Notes: generated by a model from the letters alone, not told the origin. Counted from the first letter of the stretch, positions 44,429-54,570 are shown. The stretch is 64,000 nucleotides of DNA from Eubacteriales bacterium (GCA_045636605.1 JAZTXV010000017.1:62614-126613), one strand, 5' to 3'. A program made the numbers and translations.

Positions 44429-47400
44429 TTTATTCCAAAGTCCTCTCTTTCAAGCGTTAAATTCGGGTTGTAGTACGGGTCGCCTGCGTCACGAGTCGCT
44501 CTCCATTTAGACAGGAAGTTGTTAATCTCGCCATTGAAGCGCGCAACCTTCTCGGGGGTTGTTTCAAGTCCACGTGATTTGGACTCATAGTGATATGCCT
44601 CGGCAAACGGAGTCCAAACGATAAGGTAGCCTTCCTTTCTTATCTTCAGACAGAGGTCAACGTCGTTGAACGCAACCGCAAAGCTCTCGTCAAGGCCGCC
44701 CACCGCCTCGTAAACGTCACGTCTTATCATAACGCACGCCGCAGTAACTGCGCTGAGGTTTTGTGCAAGCGCCAAGCGTGATGCGTATCCGTAATCGCCA
44801 CGCTTGAAATACTTGTGGGAGTGGCCGGCAACTGCCATTTCAGGATCTGCTCCAATACCGATAATAACGCCTGCGTGCTGGATTGTGTCGTCGGGGTAGT
44901 AGAGCATAGCGCCGACAGCGCCGACATCCTCTCTTTGTGAGAACATAAGCATTTGCTCAATCCAATCGGGCGTCAAAATCTCAATATCGTTATTGAGCAG
45001 AATAATATGCTCGCCCTTGGCGCACTCAAAGCCGTAGTTGTTAATCTTGGAGTAGTTAAATCCCTGACCTTCCCAATAAATAACCTTGACCTGTGGGTGC
45101 TTTTCGGTCACCTCGTCGTAGTATTTGAAGGTTTTCGGGTCGGTAGAGTTGTTTTCAACCACGATAATTTCGTAATTTTTGTAGGTTGATTTTTCGATAA
45201 TCGAGGTAATGCACTTGTCAAGGTCGTCAATATAGTCCTTATTTGCGATAATTATCGAAACAAGTGGCTCGCCCACGATGTCATACTTAATTTGATAAAC
45301 ACTTGGAATGCGTGAGTCAAGAGCCTCGCCCTTAAGGCCGAGTCTCTTAAGATGCTCGTTTAGCGCCTTCTTTGCCGCAACAAGCGTATATGGCTTTGCG
45401 GAAATATCAGATGCAACAGATGCCTTGTGACATCTCCAATAGTACAAAATCTTGGGAATGTGTACGATTTTCTGCGCCTTTTCGGTCAAACGCAAAATCA
45501 TATCGTAGTCCTGACTTCCGTCAAACTCGCTTCTGAAGCCGCCAACCTGCTCGTAAAGGCCTCTTGAGAAGGTGGTCAGGTGGCAAATATAGTTGTAGGA
45601 GCGAAGCGTATCGGGTGAAAAATCGGGCTTGAAGTGCGGGTGATATGCATCGGCGGGAGTCTTGTGGAAGGTGTTTTCGTCGGTGTAGATGAAGTCCGCG
45701 CCGTTTTCGCAAATTTCCTTCATTACGCAGAACAGAGCAGACGGATGAAGCAAATCGTCGTGGTCAAACAGAGTAATATAGTCACCCGTGCTCATTTCAA
45801 GGCACGCATTTGTATTGCCCGAAATGCCGAGATTTTTCTCTAATTTCTTGTAGAGAATACGGTTGTCCCTGTGTGCGTATTTTTCAACGATCTTTTGTAC
45901 ATAGCCGTGATTTTCGTCGCTGCCGTCGGCCAAGCAAAGCTCCCAATTTGAATAGGTTTGAGCCAAAACGGACTCAATCATAGCCTTAAGATACTCCTCG
46001 GGAGTGTTATAAAGAGGAACGATAACGCTAAATTTAATGTCGCGCTCGAATTTGGTGTTCCTCTGCGCCACAAGCTCTGCGGGAGTAAACAAGGGAGCAT
46101 TCGCTTTTTTGTTTTTAGATTTTTTAAAGACCTTTCTCCATGCGCTCTTGAAGCCCTGCTCACGCCAAACCTTAAAGAATTTTCTCACCTTTAAAATCGG
46201 TCCGTGGCGGAACGGGTATTTTATGATATCAAAAAGAACTCGAAACGGCTTTGTAATCTTCCACCAGCCTGCGTTTGAGATAACCTCGTACTTGTGCGTT
46301 ACATCGGCAAGCTGACGCTTGAGGTCCTCTCTTTGCGAGATAGCCACAAAATAGTGGGTTTTATAGTGGTCAAGCTCTGCGCGAAGCTCGCCAAGCTGTG
46401 CGTCAAGTAGAGCAATATCACGGTTCGCTCTGTCAAGCTGAGTTCCGACAAGATCCGCATGGGCTCTCAGCTCGTCGAGTGCGCCGGTCAGATTGGTGAT
46501 ATGCTCGTCCCTTGCCAAAATCAAGGAGTCGAGATTTGATATGTGATTTTTTGAAAGAGAAAGCTCGTTTTCCGTTGCGGCAAGAGATGTCATTGCCGTA
46601 TCAAGCTCTGAGTCGATTGCCTCGATTGTCGAGGAAAGCTCGAAAAGCGGCGAGGAATGTGTCGTCATATTGGAAATCGTTCCCTTAACAGTCAAGGAGT
46701 CGCTTGCGCCCTCGCATTTGAAGACAAATTGAGAGTCTGCTTGGAACAAATAATAGCGCTCGCCAAGCCGTGATATATTATTGGTCGATACCAAGGAAAG
46801 AACCGCATCACCCTGAGTGCAGATTAGATTTTCAACCGTAAAGCCCTCGCCCTCACGCAAATCAACACGTGCAAGCACAGCGCCCAAGGGAACTCTTACG
46901 GTTATTTCAAAATCGCCATCGTCACATTCGGTGAAAATCGCCTCGTCTGTTTTAAATCCGCTTCCCGTGTCAAAGAAAACAGTAACCGTTTTGCTTATCT
47001 CGGGAATTTGCCATATTGTTTTGGCACCGCTTTCGACGGCAATGTCTGCCTTCAAGGCGCAAACAACAAATTGATATGCCTCGTGAGCTCCGCTTGAGCT
47101 GACAATAGCCCTTGCAAGTGGGTTTGCCTCGTCAAAGGATTGCTCGGACGAGCCGGCAGGGCAGACGGTAGCATCTATTAAAATCGGAAAAATTCCCGCC
47201 TCCTCGCAGAACGGAACAAGGCTTTGGCGTGCGAAAAAGTGAATGTGTGTGTTGTCAAGCAAACCGATATCGGTGTAGTCGAAGCGATTGCCGATAAGCT
47301 TTAAAATAATGTCTGCGTGTGCGATGTTCGGCACGGAAAAGATTATTTTTCCGTCGTCCTTCAAAAGAGAAAGCGCGCGTCTGATAGCCTTGGCGGGCTC

Positions 47401-47715
47401 TCTTAAATGCTCCAAAACGTCGGCAAAAACAAGCGTATCGAACTTAATGGTCGAAAGCTCGCTTTCCCAATCGTAATTTTCTATATCACAGCAGATAAAG
47501 CCGTCAAGATGCGCTTTTGCGGCCTCAATTGCCTCCTCGCTTATGTCAATGCCATAAGTGGTACAGCCCAAGGCGCTTTTGATGTAAGCGCAAAGCTCTC
47601 CCTTTGCGCATCCAAGCTCCAAAACGGTTTCTCCCTCGGAAATCATAGAAGCAATCATAGAGTGTGATGTTCTGCTTTCCGACGAAAAGGAGATTTCCTT
47701 ATTATACTTAAACAT
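44425..47715 (-). CDS. Fusion protein: class I SAM methyltransferase, coiled coil, and two GT2 glycosyltransferase domains
   Basis: VLELGCAKGE SAM motif. Heptad-rich region of about 110 aa (...LDTAMTSLAATENELSLSKNHISNLDSL...LRAELDHYK). Two GT2 cores (VIVPLYNT...DHDD and IIIANKD...LNND). Confidence 0.8.
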   Translation of the reverse strand: MFKYNKEISFSSESRTSHSMIASMISEGETVLELGCAKGELCAYIKSALGCTTYGIDISEEAIEAAKAHLDGFICCDIENYDWESELSTIKFDTLVFADVLEHLREPAKAIRRALSLLKDDGKIIFSVPNIAHADIILKLIGNRFDYTDIGLLDNTHIHFFARQSLVPFCEEAGIFPILIDATVCPAGSSEQSFDEANPLARAIVSSSGAHEAYQFVVCALKADIAVESGAKTIWQIPEISKTVTVFFDTGSGFKTDEAIFTECDDGDFEITVRVPLGAVLARVDLREGEGFTVENLICTQGDAVLSLVSTNNISRLGERYYLFQADSQFVFKCEGASDSLTVKGTISNMTTHSSPLFELSSTIEAIDSELDTAMTSLAATENELSLSKNHISNLDSLILARDEHITNLTGALDELRAHADLVGTQLDRANRDIALLDAQLGELRAELDHYKTHYFVAISQREDLKRQLADVTHKYEVISNAGWWKITKPFRVLFDIIKYPFRHGPILKVRKFFKVWREQGFKSAWRKVFKKSKNKKANAPLFTPAELVAQRNTKFERDIKFSVIVPLYNTPEEYLKAMIESVLAQTYSNWELCLADGSDENHGYVQKIVEKYAHRDNRILYKKLEKNLGISGNTNACLEMSTGDYITLFDHDDLLHPSALFCVMKEICENGADFIYTDENTFHKTPADAYHPHFKPDFSPDTLRSYNYICHLTTFSRGLYEQVGGFRSEFDGSQDYDMILRLTEKAQKIVHIPKILYYWRCHKASVASDISAKPYTLVAAKKALNEHLKRLGLKGEALDSRIPSVYQIKYDIVGEPLVSIIIANKDYIDDLDKCITSIIEKSTYKNYEIIVVENNSTDPKTFKYYDEVTEKHPQVKVIYWEGQGFNYSKINNYGFECAKGEHIILLNNDIEILTPDWIEQMLMFSQREDVGAVGAMLYYPDDTIQHAGVIIGIGADPEMAVAGHSHKYFKRGDYGYASRLALAQNLSAVTAACVMIRRDVYEAVGGLDESFAVAFNDVDLCLKIRKEGYLIVWTPFAEAYHYESKSRGLETTPEKVARFNGEINNFLSKWRATRDAGDPYYNPNLTLEREDFGIK

Positions 47716-47744
47716 AAATACCTCTTAACTTGCTCATTTGAGCC

Positions 47745-48476
47745 TTACATGCTCTTATATTCTCCGCATACCTCAGCGGTGTCGCCTATCATTCTCGTTT
47801 TTCCGTGGTCGAGCCACAAAATTCGGGTGCAAAGGCGTTCAATCTGTTCAATGGAGTGAGAAACGATAAGCACGGTCGTGCCGCCGCTCATCATCTCGGC
47901 AATACGCCTTTCGCACTTTTGCTGGAACAGAAAATCACCGACTGCCAAAATCTCGTCAACTATAAGAATATCGGGCTTTACAAGCGTTGCAATAGCAAAT
48001 CCAAGACGTGCAACCATACCCGACGAGAAATTCTTTATGGCAACGTTCTCGTAATCTCTGAGCTCTGCAAAATCGAGAATTTCGTCGTATTTTTCACGAA
48101 TAAATGACCTCTCAAAGCCAAGCACACTGCCGTTTAGAAAGATGTTTTCTCTTGTTGTGAGATCGGGATCAAAGCCTGCGCCGAGCTCAATCAGCGGAGA
48201 TATCGTTCCGTTTACCTCAACGCTTCCGCCACTCGGCTTGAGAATACCCGAGATTATCTTGAGCAGAGTGCTTTTTCCGCTGCCGTTAAGGCCGATAATG
48301 CCAAGCACCTCGCCCTTTTCGATATCAATCGAAATGTCGTCAAGGGCCGTGAATTTGTCGAAATTCATCTTGCGCTTCAGCTTTCTTATAATATATTCCT
48401 TTACGCTGTCAACCTTTTCCCTTGGCATATTGAAGTTCATTGTGACATTTCGTATTGAAATTACAGGATTGTTCAC
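47745..48476 (-). CDS. Polysaccharide ABC exporter ATP-binding protein (Wzt/TagH/RgpD-like, no C-terminal CBM)
   Basis: Walker A GLNGSGKST, signature FSSGM and Walker B ILIVDE. Only 243 aa. Confidence 0.85.
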   Translation of the reverse strand: MNNPVISIRNVTMNFNMPREKVDSVKEYIIRKLKRKMNFDKFTALDDISIDIEKGEVLGIIGLNGSGKSTLLKIISGILKPSGGSVEVNGTISPLIELGAGFDPDLTTRENIFLNGSVLGFERSFIREKYDEILDFAELRDYENVAIKNFSSGMVARLGFAIATLVKPDILIVDEILAVGDFLFQQKCERRIAEMMSGGTTVLIVSHSIEQIERLCTRILWLDHGKTRMIGDTAEVCGEYKSM

Positions 48477-48502
48477 TTTTTATCTCCTTTGAATATGAAG
48501 AA

Positions 48503-49750
48503 CTAAATATGAAGAACGAAATTGTCTTGACTCTTGCGGAAGGCAGTTACGCCGATTGCAAGCATCATAACGGAGAAGCCGATACAAATCAGGTTGTCCG
48601 TAAGTGACGGAAGCGTTCCGTAAATCATTACATTTCTGAAATAGGTTACATAGTGGTAAAGCGGGTTGAAGCGAATAATGCTTTGCAGCCACTCCGGCAC
48701 CATTGAGATTGGGTAAATAATCGGGGTAGCATACATCCAAACGGTCATAAACACACCCCAAAGATGTCCTACGTCTCTGAAAAATACGTTAAGCGTCGAT
48801 AAAACGAGGTTAAGACCGAGCGCAAACACAAACACGTAGAGCATAGGAACGACAAACAGAAGCATTGTCAGGTGAGGCTCGACCTGGCCTGTGATAAGGA
48901 AGATAACGAACACCAAAACGAATGCGATAAGCGAGAAAAGCATATTCACAAAAGAGAAAATAGTCTTTTCAAGCGGGAAAACGTATTTCGGCAAATAGAC
49001 CTTTTTAATAAGTCCGCCGCCGTTGATAACGGAAACGAGCGAGAAGCTCGAGGATTCCGAAACAAAGCTAAATATTATATAACCGGTGAGATAGAAAAGA
49101 GCGAAGCCACCCTCAACCTCAACACGAATAATTTGCGAGAATACAGCGGTAAGCACAAGCATCATAAGAAGCGGATTGAGAACGCTCCAAAGAATACCAA
49201 GCACGCTTCGGCGATATTTTGTCTTGATATCACGGGAAACGAGGTCATAAAGCAAATACTTGTAGCGCTTCATAGCCACAATGTCCTTCTTAAATGCCAC
49301 CTTGTCGTAGTATGCGTTAAGGAACGCCCACAAAAGCACAAGTGGCAAAACGAAAATGAAGAAGGTGAGCATAACATTTATATTAAGGCTTGTCGGGTTT
49401 ATCTCAACACGTGCGTTTTCTGCTCCCGTCACGACAATGGAGTAGGTGTATATACCGAAATTATAGTATATATCGTCATTTTTTTGCTCAATTGATATGG
49501 GCAGAATGCGCTCTCCCTCGGCGGTTGCCGCAAAAACGCTCGTCACGTGTCCGTTGACCTTGACGTTGTTTACATAGCCGTTTATAACCTGAGCTTTTCC
49601 GGCAACGGTCAAGTCCTCAAAAACCATGCTCTTATATTCATTTTTACGATTTTCAATATTGTCGGCGCTAAATCGAACGACACCGAAAAGCACGGCGAGC
49701 GCCGCAAAAAGAACGGCCGCCGACAAAAGTATAAGTCTTTTTTTCAACAT
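48503..49750 (-). CDS. ABC-2 type polysaccharide exporter permease (Wzm/RgpC-like) with an N-terminal extension of about 150 aa
   Basis: The C-terminal ~260 aa carry the ABC-2 signature DIKTKYRRSVLGILWSVLNPLL. The N-terminus has an extra TM helix and a beta-rich domain. Confidence 0.8.
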   Translation of the reverse strand: MLKKRLILLSAAVLFAALAVLFGVVRFSADNIENRKNEYKSMVFEDLTVAGKAQVINGYVNNVKVNGHVTSVFAATAEGERILPISIEQKNDDIYYNFGIYTYSIVVTGAENARVEINPTSLNINVMLTFFIFVLPLVLLWAFLNAYYDKVAFKKDIVAMKRYKYLLYDLVSRDIKTKYRRSVLGILWSVLNPLLMMLVLTAVFSQIIRVEVEGGFALFYLTGYIIFSFVSESSSFSLVSVINGGGLIKKVYLPKYVFPLEKTIFSFVNMLFSLIAFVLVFVIFLITGQVEPHLTMLLFVVPMLYVFVFALGLNLVLSTLNVFFRDVGHLWGVFMTVWMYATPIIYPISMVPEWLQSIIRFNPLYHYVTYFRNVMIYGTLPSLTDNLICIGFSVMMLAIGVTAFRKSQDNFVLHI

Positions 49751-49788
49751 ATAGCCTCAGCTTTCACACAGGGGTGTAAGTTTTGTTG

Positions 49789-49813
49789 GGCTATGCCACA
49801 AAGTGACATAGCC
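49789..49813. repeat. Minimal copy of the dispersed hairpin element
   Basis: ggctatg ccacaaagtga catagcc: a 7-bp perfect stem with the same ends as the copies at 11601 and 17073. Confidence 0.6.
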
Positions 49814-49825
49814 CTGAAAATATTG

Positions 49826-50389
49826 TTAAAATGCAAATCCGAGATCCTTCAAAAGCGGATTTTTCTTGTCCTTCTCGGACAAAAGAACATCGCCGTCAAC
49901 GGGCCATTCGATGCCGATATCTTCATCGTTCCACAAAAGGCCACCCTCGCTTGACGGGTCGTAAAGGCGTGTGCATTTATACACAAAGGTAGCGCTCTCG
50001 CTCATTACATAGAAGCCGTGCGCAAAGCCCTCGGGTACGTAAAATTGCTTTTTGTTTTCGGCGCTGAGAGCAACACCGTACCATTTTCCGAATGTTTCGC
50101 TGTCACGGCGAAGGTCAACGGCAACGTCAAAAACCTCGCCCTCAATAACTCTTACGAGCTTGCCCTGAGGGTTAGCCTTTTGAAAATGCAGACCACGAAG
50201 CACGCCCTTCTTTGAGCGTGATTCGTTATCCTGAATAAATGTAGCGGGTGTGCCGTCAAGATGCTTGACATACGGCGCAAATTCGTCGTTGAAGGTTTCC
50301 ATAAAGTAGCCCCTCGCATCGCCGAAAACGGTCGGCTCAACGACGTATAAATCCTTTATAGGTGTTTCGATAAACTTAAATTTTCCCAT
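49826..50389 (-). CDS. rfbC: dTDP-4-dehydrorhamnose 3,5-epimerase
   Basis: FGDARGYFMETF...RGLHFQ motifs. I prefer the start at MGKFKF (AAAGGAAAAATG). Confidence 0.9.
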   Translation of the reverse strand: MGKFKFIETPIKDLYVVEPTVFGDARGYFMETFNDEFAPYVKHLDGTPATFIQDNESRSKKGVLRGLHFQKANPQGKLVRVIEGEVFDVAVDLRRDSETFGKWYGVALSAENKKQFYVPEGFAHGFYVMSESATFVYKCTRLYDPSSEGGLLWNDEDIGIEWPVDGDVLLSEKDKKNPLLKDLGFAF

Positions 50390-50427
50390 TTTTCCTTTGA
50401 ATAGATTCCTTTTCCCAAAAAAGTAAG

Positions 50428-51447
50428 TTATCTGTTTTCGTACATTTTCTTGTAGTAGTCCTTGTATTCGCCGCTTATGATGTTTTCCCACCACTCACGG
50501 TTCTCAAGGTACCACTTAATTGTTTTCTTAATTCCGTCGGCAAATTTTGTTTCGGGAAGCCAGCCAAGCTCCGAGTGAATCTTCGTCGGATCGATAGCGT
50601 AGCGCATATCGTGACCTGCTCTGTCCTTAACATAGGTGATAAGGTCCTCGCTCTTGCCAAGCTCCTTGAGAATAATCTTAACGATGTCGATGTTTCTCAT
50701 TTCGTTGTGTCCGCCGATATTGTAAACCTCGCCGACACGGCCATTGTGAATGATAAGGTCGATAGCACGGCAGTGGTCCTCAACGTAAAGCCAGTCACGG
50801 ACATTGATGCCCTCGCCGTAAACAGGAAGCGGCTTGTCGTAGAGTGCATTCGCAATCATAAGAGGAATGAGCTTCTCGGGGAAGTGATAAGGGCCGTAGT
50901 TGTTAGAGCAGCGTGAAATTGTCACAGGCAAGCCAAAGGTTCTGTGGTAAGCCTGAACGAGAAGGTCAGCGCTTGCCTTTGATGCGGAATACGGGCTTGA
51001 TGTGTGAATAGGTGTTTCCTCAGTGAAGAAAAGGTCAGGGCGGTCAAGCGGAAGGTCACCGTAAACCTCGTCGGTTGAAACCTGGTGATATCTCTTGATG
51101 CCGTACTTGCGGCAGGCATCCATCATAACCTGTGTTCCCATGATGTTTGTATTAAGGAAAACTCCGGGATTTTCAATGGAACGGTCAACGTGGCTCTCTG
51201 CGGCAAAGTTGACAACGATGTCGGGGTGCTCCTCCTCAAAGATAGCATAGATAGCATCTCTGTCGGTTATGTCTGTTTTGCAGAAGCGGAAATTGGGGTT
51301 GTCCATAACGGGAGCAAGCGTTTCCATATTTCCTGCATAGGTAAGGCAGTCCACACAGATAATTCTGTAATCAGGGTGTGCCTTGAGCATATAGTGAACG
51401 AAATTTCCGCCGATAAAGCCGGCGCCGCCTGTTACGATAATTTTCAT
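50428..51447 (-). CDS. rfbB: dTDP-glucose 4,6-dehydratase
   Basis: MKIIVTGGAGFIGGNF, YSASKA and other motifs. I prefer the start at 51447 (GGAG RBS). Confidence 0.92.
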   Translation of the reverse strand: MKIIVTGGAGFIGGNFVHYMLKAHPDYRIICVDCLTYAGNMETLAPVMDNPNFRFCKTDITDRDAIYAIFEEEHPDIVVNFAAESHVDRSIENPGVFLNTNIMGTQVMMDACRKYGIKRYHQVSTDEVYGDLPLDRPDLFFTEETPIHTSSPYSASKASADLLVQAYHRTFGLPVTISRCSNNYGPYHFPEKLIPLMIANALYDKPLPVYGEGINVRDWLYVEDHCRAIDLIIHNGRVGEVYNIGGHNEMRNIDIVKIILKELGKSEDLITYVKDRAGHDMRYAIDPTKIHSELGWLPETKFADGIKKTIKWYLENREWWENIISGEYKDYYKKMYENR

Positions 51448-51484
51448 ATAAGATAATCTCCTTTGATTGTCATTATTTTGAGGG

Positions 51485-52372
51485 TTATTCGCCCTTATAG
51501 TTGTCAATAAAGCATTTCAGCGCATCTTGCCACGGACGAAATTCGTCGCCGACGGTGGCACGAAGCATCATATTGTCAAGCGACGAGTAGGCAGGGCGCT
51601 TGACGGGGGACGGAAATTCGTCGCTTGTGCAGGGTGATACAACAGCGTCAATTCCCGCAAGCTCAACGATTTTTTGAGTGAACTCAAACCAGGAGCATTC
51701 TCCGTTGCCCGTTCCGTGATAAATTCCGTATTCCTCTGTTGTTACCAGCTTTAAGAGGTGATGTGCAAGGTCGCACGCATTCGTAGGATTGCCTATCTGG
51801 TCGCAAACGACCTTGCAGGCGCCCCTTTCACGAGCGATGCTCATCATGGTTTTGACAAAATTCTTGCCGACGTACCCGTAAAGCCAGGCAGTGCGAACGA
51901 TAAAGTATTTCGAGCAAAGCTGCTTGATATACTCCTCGCCCAAATATTTTGTGCTTCCGTAAACGCTTTGCGGAGCGCAAACATCGTATTCCGTATAGGG
52001 AGAGGTGCCGTTGCCCGCAAAAACGTAGTCTGTCGAAACGTGAATGAGCTTAGCACCGTTTTCCTCGCATACAATAGCGAGATTGCGAGGGCCTATTGCG
52101 TTGGCACGGAAGGCAAGCTCCTTACCCTCGCCCTCGGCGGCGTTTACATTGGTATATGCGGCGCAGTTGATTACAGCATCATATTTTTTTGCGCCAAAAA
52201 CGCCTCTTACATCATCGAGTGCGGAGATATCGAGCGTATCAATGTCGACATAGTCAACCTCGGCGCCGATTTTCAGCACCTCGGGCACACCAAGCTCGGT
52301 ATATGAGCGCTCAAAGCATTTTCTGATTTCTGTGCCAAGCTGTCCCTTAGCACCGGTTACGAGAATTTTCAT
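51485..52372 (-). CDS. rfbD: dTDP-4-dehydrorhamnose reductase
   Basis: [22 protein letters not shown]. Confidence 0.9.
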   Translation of the reverse strand: MKILVTGAKGQLGTEIRKCFERSYTELGVPEVLKIGAEVDYVDIDTLDISALDDVRGVFGAKKYDAVINCAAYTNVNAAEGEGKELAFRANAIGPRNLAIVCEENGAKLIHVSTDYVFAGNGTSPYTEYDVCAPQSVYGSTKYLGEEYIKQLCSKYFIVRTAWLYGYVGKNFVKTMMSIARERGACKVVCDQIGNPTNACDLAHHLLKLVTTEEYGIYHGTGNGECSWFEFTQKIVELAGIDAVVSPCTSDEFPSPVKRPAYSSLDNMMLRATVGDEFRPWQDALKCFIDNYKGE

Positions 52373-53259
52373 CAGTATTTAATTTTACCCTCCGCAACCT
52401 TTCTCAAATGCTCGCCATAGGTGGATTTTCCGTATCTTTCTGCGCTTTCAAGAAGCTTTTCCTTAGAAATCCAACCGTTGATATATGCGATTTCTTCAAT
52501 AGCAGAGATCTTAACGCCCTGACGCTTTTCAATCATTTGAACGAACTGTCCCGCTTCGATAAGGCTATCCATTGTTCCTGTGTCAAGCCAAGCAAAACCA
52601 CGGCCGAGAAGCGTAACGTCAAGGTCACCGTGATCAAGGAAAATGTTGTTGAGCGCCGTGATTTCAAGCTCGCCACGCTTAGACGGCTTAACCTGCTTTG
52701 CATACTCAACGCATCTGTTGTCGTAGAAATAAAGTCCTGTTACCGCATAATTGGATTTCGGATCCTGTGGCTTTTCCTCGACGGAAATAACCTTGTTGTC
52801 CTCGTCAAACTCAACGACTCCGAAGCGCTCAGGATCGTCAACGTAGTAGCCGAAAACGCTTGCTCTGTGATTTTGCTCGGCATTTATAACCGCCTGCTTA
52901 AGCACCTTGGAGAAGCCGTTTCCGTAAAAAATATTGTCGCCAAGCACCATAGCGCAGCAATCATCGCCGATAAACTCCTCGCCGAGCAAAAATGCCTGCG
53001 CCAAGCCGTCGGGAGAGGGCTGAACCTTGTATGAGAGCTTGATTCCGTAATCGCTTCCGTCACCCAAGAGGCTCTCGAAGTTCGGAAGGTCACGGGGTGT
53101 GGAAATGATAAGAATATCCTTAATTCCCGCAAGCATAAGCGTTGAGAGAGGATAATAAATCATAGGCTTGTCATAAATTGGAAGCAGCTGCTTCGATGTT
53201 ATCATGGTAAGAGGGTAGAGGCGTGTTCCGCTTCCACCGGCAAGAACGATTCCTTTCAT
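52372..53259 (-). CDS. rfbA: Glucose-1-phosphate thymidylyltransferase
   Basis: [18 protein letters not shown]...LGDNIF. Confidence 0.92.
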   Translation of the reverse strand: MKGIVLAGGSGTRLYPLTMITSKQLLPIYDKPMIYYPLSTLMLAGIKDILIISTPRDLPNFESLLGDGSDYGIKLSYKVQPSPDGLAQAFLLGEEFIGDDCCAMVLGDNIFYGNGFSKVLKQAVINAEQNHRASVFGYYVDDPERFGVVEFDEDNKVISVEEKPQDPKSNYAVTGLYFYDNRCVEYAKQVKPSKRGELEITALNNIFLDHGDLDVTLLGRGFAWLDTGTMDSLIEAGQFVQMIEKRQGVKISAIEEIAYINGWISKEKLLESAERYGKSTYGEHLRKVAEGKIKY

Positions 53260-54212
53260 GGTAGGTTAATCTCCTTTTTTCTATCTTCTTTTTTAAAGTC
53301 ATATCTGCCAAAAAGGTACATAAGACGAAAGACGATGCCCTCGCCGAAGGTCTGTCTGTACATTTTAGTAGTCATTATATAGCCGAGACGGGTAAAGAAA
53401 TTTCTTTGATTTTTGAAATATCTTGTTGCTTCCTTACGGTACTCGTCGGGGATTTTGTCGCCGTATTGCTCGAAAAATGCCCAAAGCTGATAGGAATACC
53501 GTCTGCTTTTGCCCGTTTTGATTCTTCCCAGTCGCTTGAAGAAATTCTGCACACGGCTCGTCTCGTAGCCTATGGCGTTGTTTCCGTGCTGTCGGTACAG
53601 GGTGGTGCATTCTCTGTCATAGAAGGCTTGACCGAAGGTGGTTGCAACGAGATACACCCACGAATCGTGAACGTCTATGTCATGCGAGAAGTAGGGCTTG
53701 AGCAGGTTGATAAGAGCGAGGTTACATACCTGAGTATGCCCAACGCAAGCGTTTTGTATCATAGCATTGTAAAAAGTCAGCGGATCCTTGGCGACAACCG
53801 TTTTTCCCTTGATTTTCAAATCCTCTGTCGTGATATACGAGCAGGCGGCATACAGATTGGGAATCGTGTCGTCCTGAGAGTCAAGCCACTCGACCGCGCG
53901 GACAAGCTTGTTTGGAAGCCACACATCGTCCTGGTCGCTAAAGGAGAAGTATTTGCAGCTCGTATCACACCGAATGACAAGCTCGTGCAGGCTTGCGTTG
54001 AGTCCAATGTTCTCGCCGTACAGAACCTCGAAGCCGTAGCGCTCTGAGTATTCACGCAAAATTTCCTTTGTTGAGTCGGTTGAGCCGTCGTCACGTATCA
54101 AAACCTTAACCTCGTCGAAGTTTTCAAGAGCGACAAAGCTGTCAAGCTGAGCGCGCACATATCTTTCGCCGTTGTAGGTTGACATAAGAATTTGTATCTT
54201 TTTTTCGACCAT
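53256..54212 (-). CDS. GT2 glycosyltransferase (first gene of the polysaccharide operon)
   Basis: [12 protein letters not shown]...RDDGSTD...SDQDD motifs. Confidence 0.8.
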   Translation of the reverse strand: MVEKKIQILMSTYNGERYVRAQLDSFVALENFDEVKVLIRDDGSTDSTKEILREYSERYGFEVLYGENIGLNASLHELVIRCDTSCKYFSFSDQDDVWLPNKLVRAVEWLDSQDDTIPNLYAACSYITTEDLKIKGKTVVAKDPLTFYNAMIQNACVGHTQVCNLALINLLKPYFSHDIDVHDSWVYLVATTFGQAFYDRECTTLYRQHGNNAIGYETSRVQNFFKRLGRIKTGKSRRYSYQLWAFFEQYGDKIPDEYRKEATRYFKNQRNFFTRLGYIMTTKMYRQTFGEGIVFRLMYLFGRYDFKKEDRKKEINLP

Positions 54213-54285
54213 TGTCGCATCTCCCTTCGTAAATTTTGGCGTTTTTTGTCAAATTTTAAAACAAAAATTGCTCCTAATCGTAAAT

Positions 54286-54314
54286 AGTATACCACCATTT
54301 TTGCAAAAAGTCAA
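54286..54314 (-). promoter_or_regulatory. Promoter of the polysaccharide operon
   Basis: Minus strand: TTGACT, 17-nt spacer, TGgTATACT. Confidence 0.6.
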
Positions 54315-54570
54315 TATAAACTAAAAATTTATATAATATATGTGATTTTGTGACCTTCGCTTGAACAAGCGCAGAGCTCGTCCGCCGAGGCTATTGGCTA
54401 CTTAACGGCTACCTTCAGAAGGGAGCAAAATGAGGGACAAAACAGAGAAAAACAGACACAGGGTGGCGTGTTTTTGACGATTTTGCTCGTTAAAGCTCGG
54501 TAAAATTCGTCATTTGCTTCAGCTAAACGTCAAAAAATCAAGAATTTTTTCAAATTCCAGAATATTGCTA

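Noticed and set aside
48872-54047. Antisense ORFs within the polysaccharide operon (48872-49495, 51758-52306, 52408-53034, 53406-54047, all +).
   Set aside because: They are shadows of strongly supported minus-strand genes (Wzm-like, rfbD, rfbA, GT2) and have no start signals.
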